In this document: piece after piece, positions 61,892 through 64,000 of the stretch | How the letters are laid out: each line of letters begins with the position of its first letter | Numbering within the stretch: position 1 is the first letter of the stretch | Source of the DNA: Antedon mediterranea | Taxonomy: Eukaryota > Animalia > Echinodermata | Length of the DNA stretch: 64,000 nt | Assembly: GCF_964355755.1 (NCBI RefSeq) | Contig: NC_092670.1 | Coordinates: forward strand, 35,762,388-35,826,387 | Reading direction: 5' to 3' | Position numbers and translations under genes: made by a program | Notes under the pieces: generated by a model | Told to the model about the DNA's origin: nothing | The model's database searches: none | What the model saw: the letters and a program-made list of their open reading frames with translations, nothing else

Positions 61892-64000
61892 AGATGTATT
61901 GTCCCCCAAAAAATGAAAAATAAAGATGAAAAAAATCAAATTTTGAATAGACCGTTTTGTAGTTAACATAAAGTTATTCACTTCCACCGAAAAAAAATCC
62001 GAAAAAAATATTGATTTCGCTTATAAAAAAATCAAAATAAGTTTACTATTTTTTCGAACTCATCGGCTCAGAAATTAGGCCGGTAGAGCTAACTCATACA
62101 TATGCATGATATGTTAATGAGCATCCACACAGCAGAGATCTGATCTAACAATGGACGATGCACGTTGTATGTACAACAACACCACCAGAGATCGACGCGA
62201 TTCGACTGTGGGTTTCCCTGGCCTGATCGTATAAATATGTAAAGCTTAGCTGTTAATTTGTCGGTAAGTAGGCCTAGACGGTTATTTTAAATATAATAAT
62301 ATATATAACGCAATAATAACAGGAAGGTAAATTAATTAACTTAGCCTGGGATTTTTTCAGTTCAGGGCTAGGCCTAGAATAATTAATACATGCTGCTGCA
62401 TATTACTAGGCTAGTAGCAAGCCGACTGTGACAATCGGGTCCCTGCAGAAGATGCCCAGCTAGCTAGGCCCTATACATTGTACTCTTCATAGACTGGCCT
62501 AGGCTATATGCCATCAATCTTAGCTACATTCCGAAAATACAGCCAGCTTGCTGTACCATATATATTTACAGTTGAAGCTTGTTTAACTAATTTTTATGAT
62601 AAAAATAAAACAAACATTTTTCAGGGAAAATGGTTGCAATACAAGCCTGAAATTGAGAACCTTCCAGCAGCACTGTACAAGTAGACAGAGGGGAAAAGCC
62701 AGCTTAGCCATTTTACAACACAAACAAATGTTCTCTGTACTGTAGTAAGTCAAATATTTATTTTCTCTTTTTATAAGTTATAACATTATAAGTAATGTGT
62801 TTTAATTACCATAGAAAGGTAGTATACTTATTTGACTATGTCAAAGTAAGCAATTTCACTAGCCCAATTTTGCACTAAATATGCATGATCTATTTTTTCC
62901 AGATTTTCATACTTTGCTTTTACTTTTTTTAAAGACGTTGAGCTGATGAAGACTAGAACAGAGGTCACCCAAAGACAACAATGATAGACTCGGTATTGGA
63001 ATATGATTGGATATTGCAGGAAAAATATTTCTGACTCTCCTGCTGCATTCGGCCAATATGTTCTTGTCCAGCTTGTAAAATATTGTATAATTTTTTTTTA
63101 TTATATGTACAGTATATTATTTTGTAAACATAACATTCAATAAATAAATAAAAAACTACTACAACAGTACACAGGATAAATTCTTCAAATTTACTTACAC
63201 TTCACAATTTTACTGTAAATATTACAGTGCAAAAGGAGTTAATAAAATATATATATACAGTATATCTTATTGAATTCCTGTATTGTTTTTTGTGTCAATT
63301 TGTCTACTAATTATCAATGTGTTGATTGTGCCAGTAATTACGACAGCTGTAGTCTTCTAAGATCGCTCACATCCATTACAAAGTGTCATTTTAATAGTAA
63401 GAAACGTTTCAATAAATTGTGAATGTTGCCACTGTACGATACATTTTATGTTTCTCACTACTTGCTCTTATTGTTCAATCAATCAACCTAAAAAAAAAAG
63501 AAATTTGTGTCAAAATATCTGCATAAAATGTTAATGTTACTTTGAACCTATTGCATTTGATACAGAAAATATTTTTAAAATATTGCATCAGTAAAACATC
63601 CAAAACAATATTTAGGCCTAGATTTTCTTTTTTTTTTTATTTTCACTGCCGAATAGATAGTTGAAATCTTTAAAAATTAAACCAATTCATCATGATTAAA
63701 ACAAAAATACATCCCTTCTGGTGGTGGTCTACTGTAGCCCTAACTAGCAGTGTACTGCCTAGGCCTACTACACTCTACTTCTAGAGAAAGAAGTAGGCAG
63801 CAGTTAGGCTACTCGAGACTGCCAGTGCTAGTAGTAGTAGTAGTAGACTAGTAGTACAGTAGCAGCAAATTCGGGCCTAGGGCCTAGGCCTAGCTAGGCC
63901 TCTCATGTTAGCGAAACAAAAACTCACCTAAATGAATAAGATTCAACATCAAAGTTACCAACTGTAATTCTAACTTAGCATTCTGCTAGCTATAGTTTTC
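61892..64000. mobile_element. Probable Kolobok-like DNA transposon inserted at TTAA in a LOX-B intron; right end not seen
   Basis: Homology to the LOX-A intron stops at GCAAATTTAA, then AGATGTATTGTCCCC begins; the same terminus occurs after TTAA at about 25398 and 60948. Confidence 0.5.

Overview
AT-rich, intron-rich animal genomic DNA. The organism is probably a marine invertebrate deuterostome (inference from a Deu-type SINE, the TE repertoire and the gene content); it is not prokaryotic and has no CRISPR. I assembled spliced gene models by hand and all exon phases are consistent. (1) CFAP69 on the minus strand, 20 coding exons / 841 codons in the window, 3' end off the left edge. It contains a U12 (minor-spliceosome) intron and a GC-AG intron. 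(2) A 357-aa prostanoid-receptor-like class A GPCR on the plus strand. (3) A complete 679-aa PLAT+lipoxygenase (LOX-A, minus strand, 11 coding exons) lying tail-to-tail with the GPCR. It has an MGCxxS acylation-type N-terminus and a 17-kb TE-filled first coding intron. (4) A decayed copy of the GPCR 3' end, followed by (5) the last five exons of a near-identical second lipoxygenase (LOX-B). The duplicated unit therefore spanned at least the receptor 3' end and the LOX, which makes this a candidate linked oxylipin enzyme + receptor module. The rest is mobile and repeated DNA: a young BEL/Pao LTR element with in-frame internal deletions and atypical ends, two CR1/L2-type LINE fragments, an L1/Tx1-like 3' fragment, Helentron-type non-autonomous elements, Kolobok-, Harbinger- and hAT-like MITEs, a tRNA-headed SINE and several mini/satellites. 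Most short ORFs in the ORF track are spurious.
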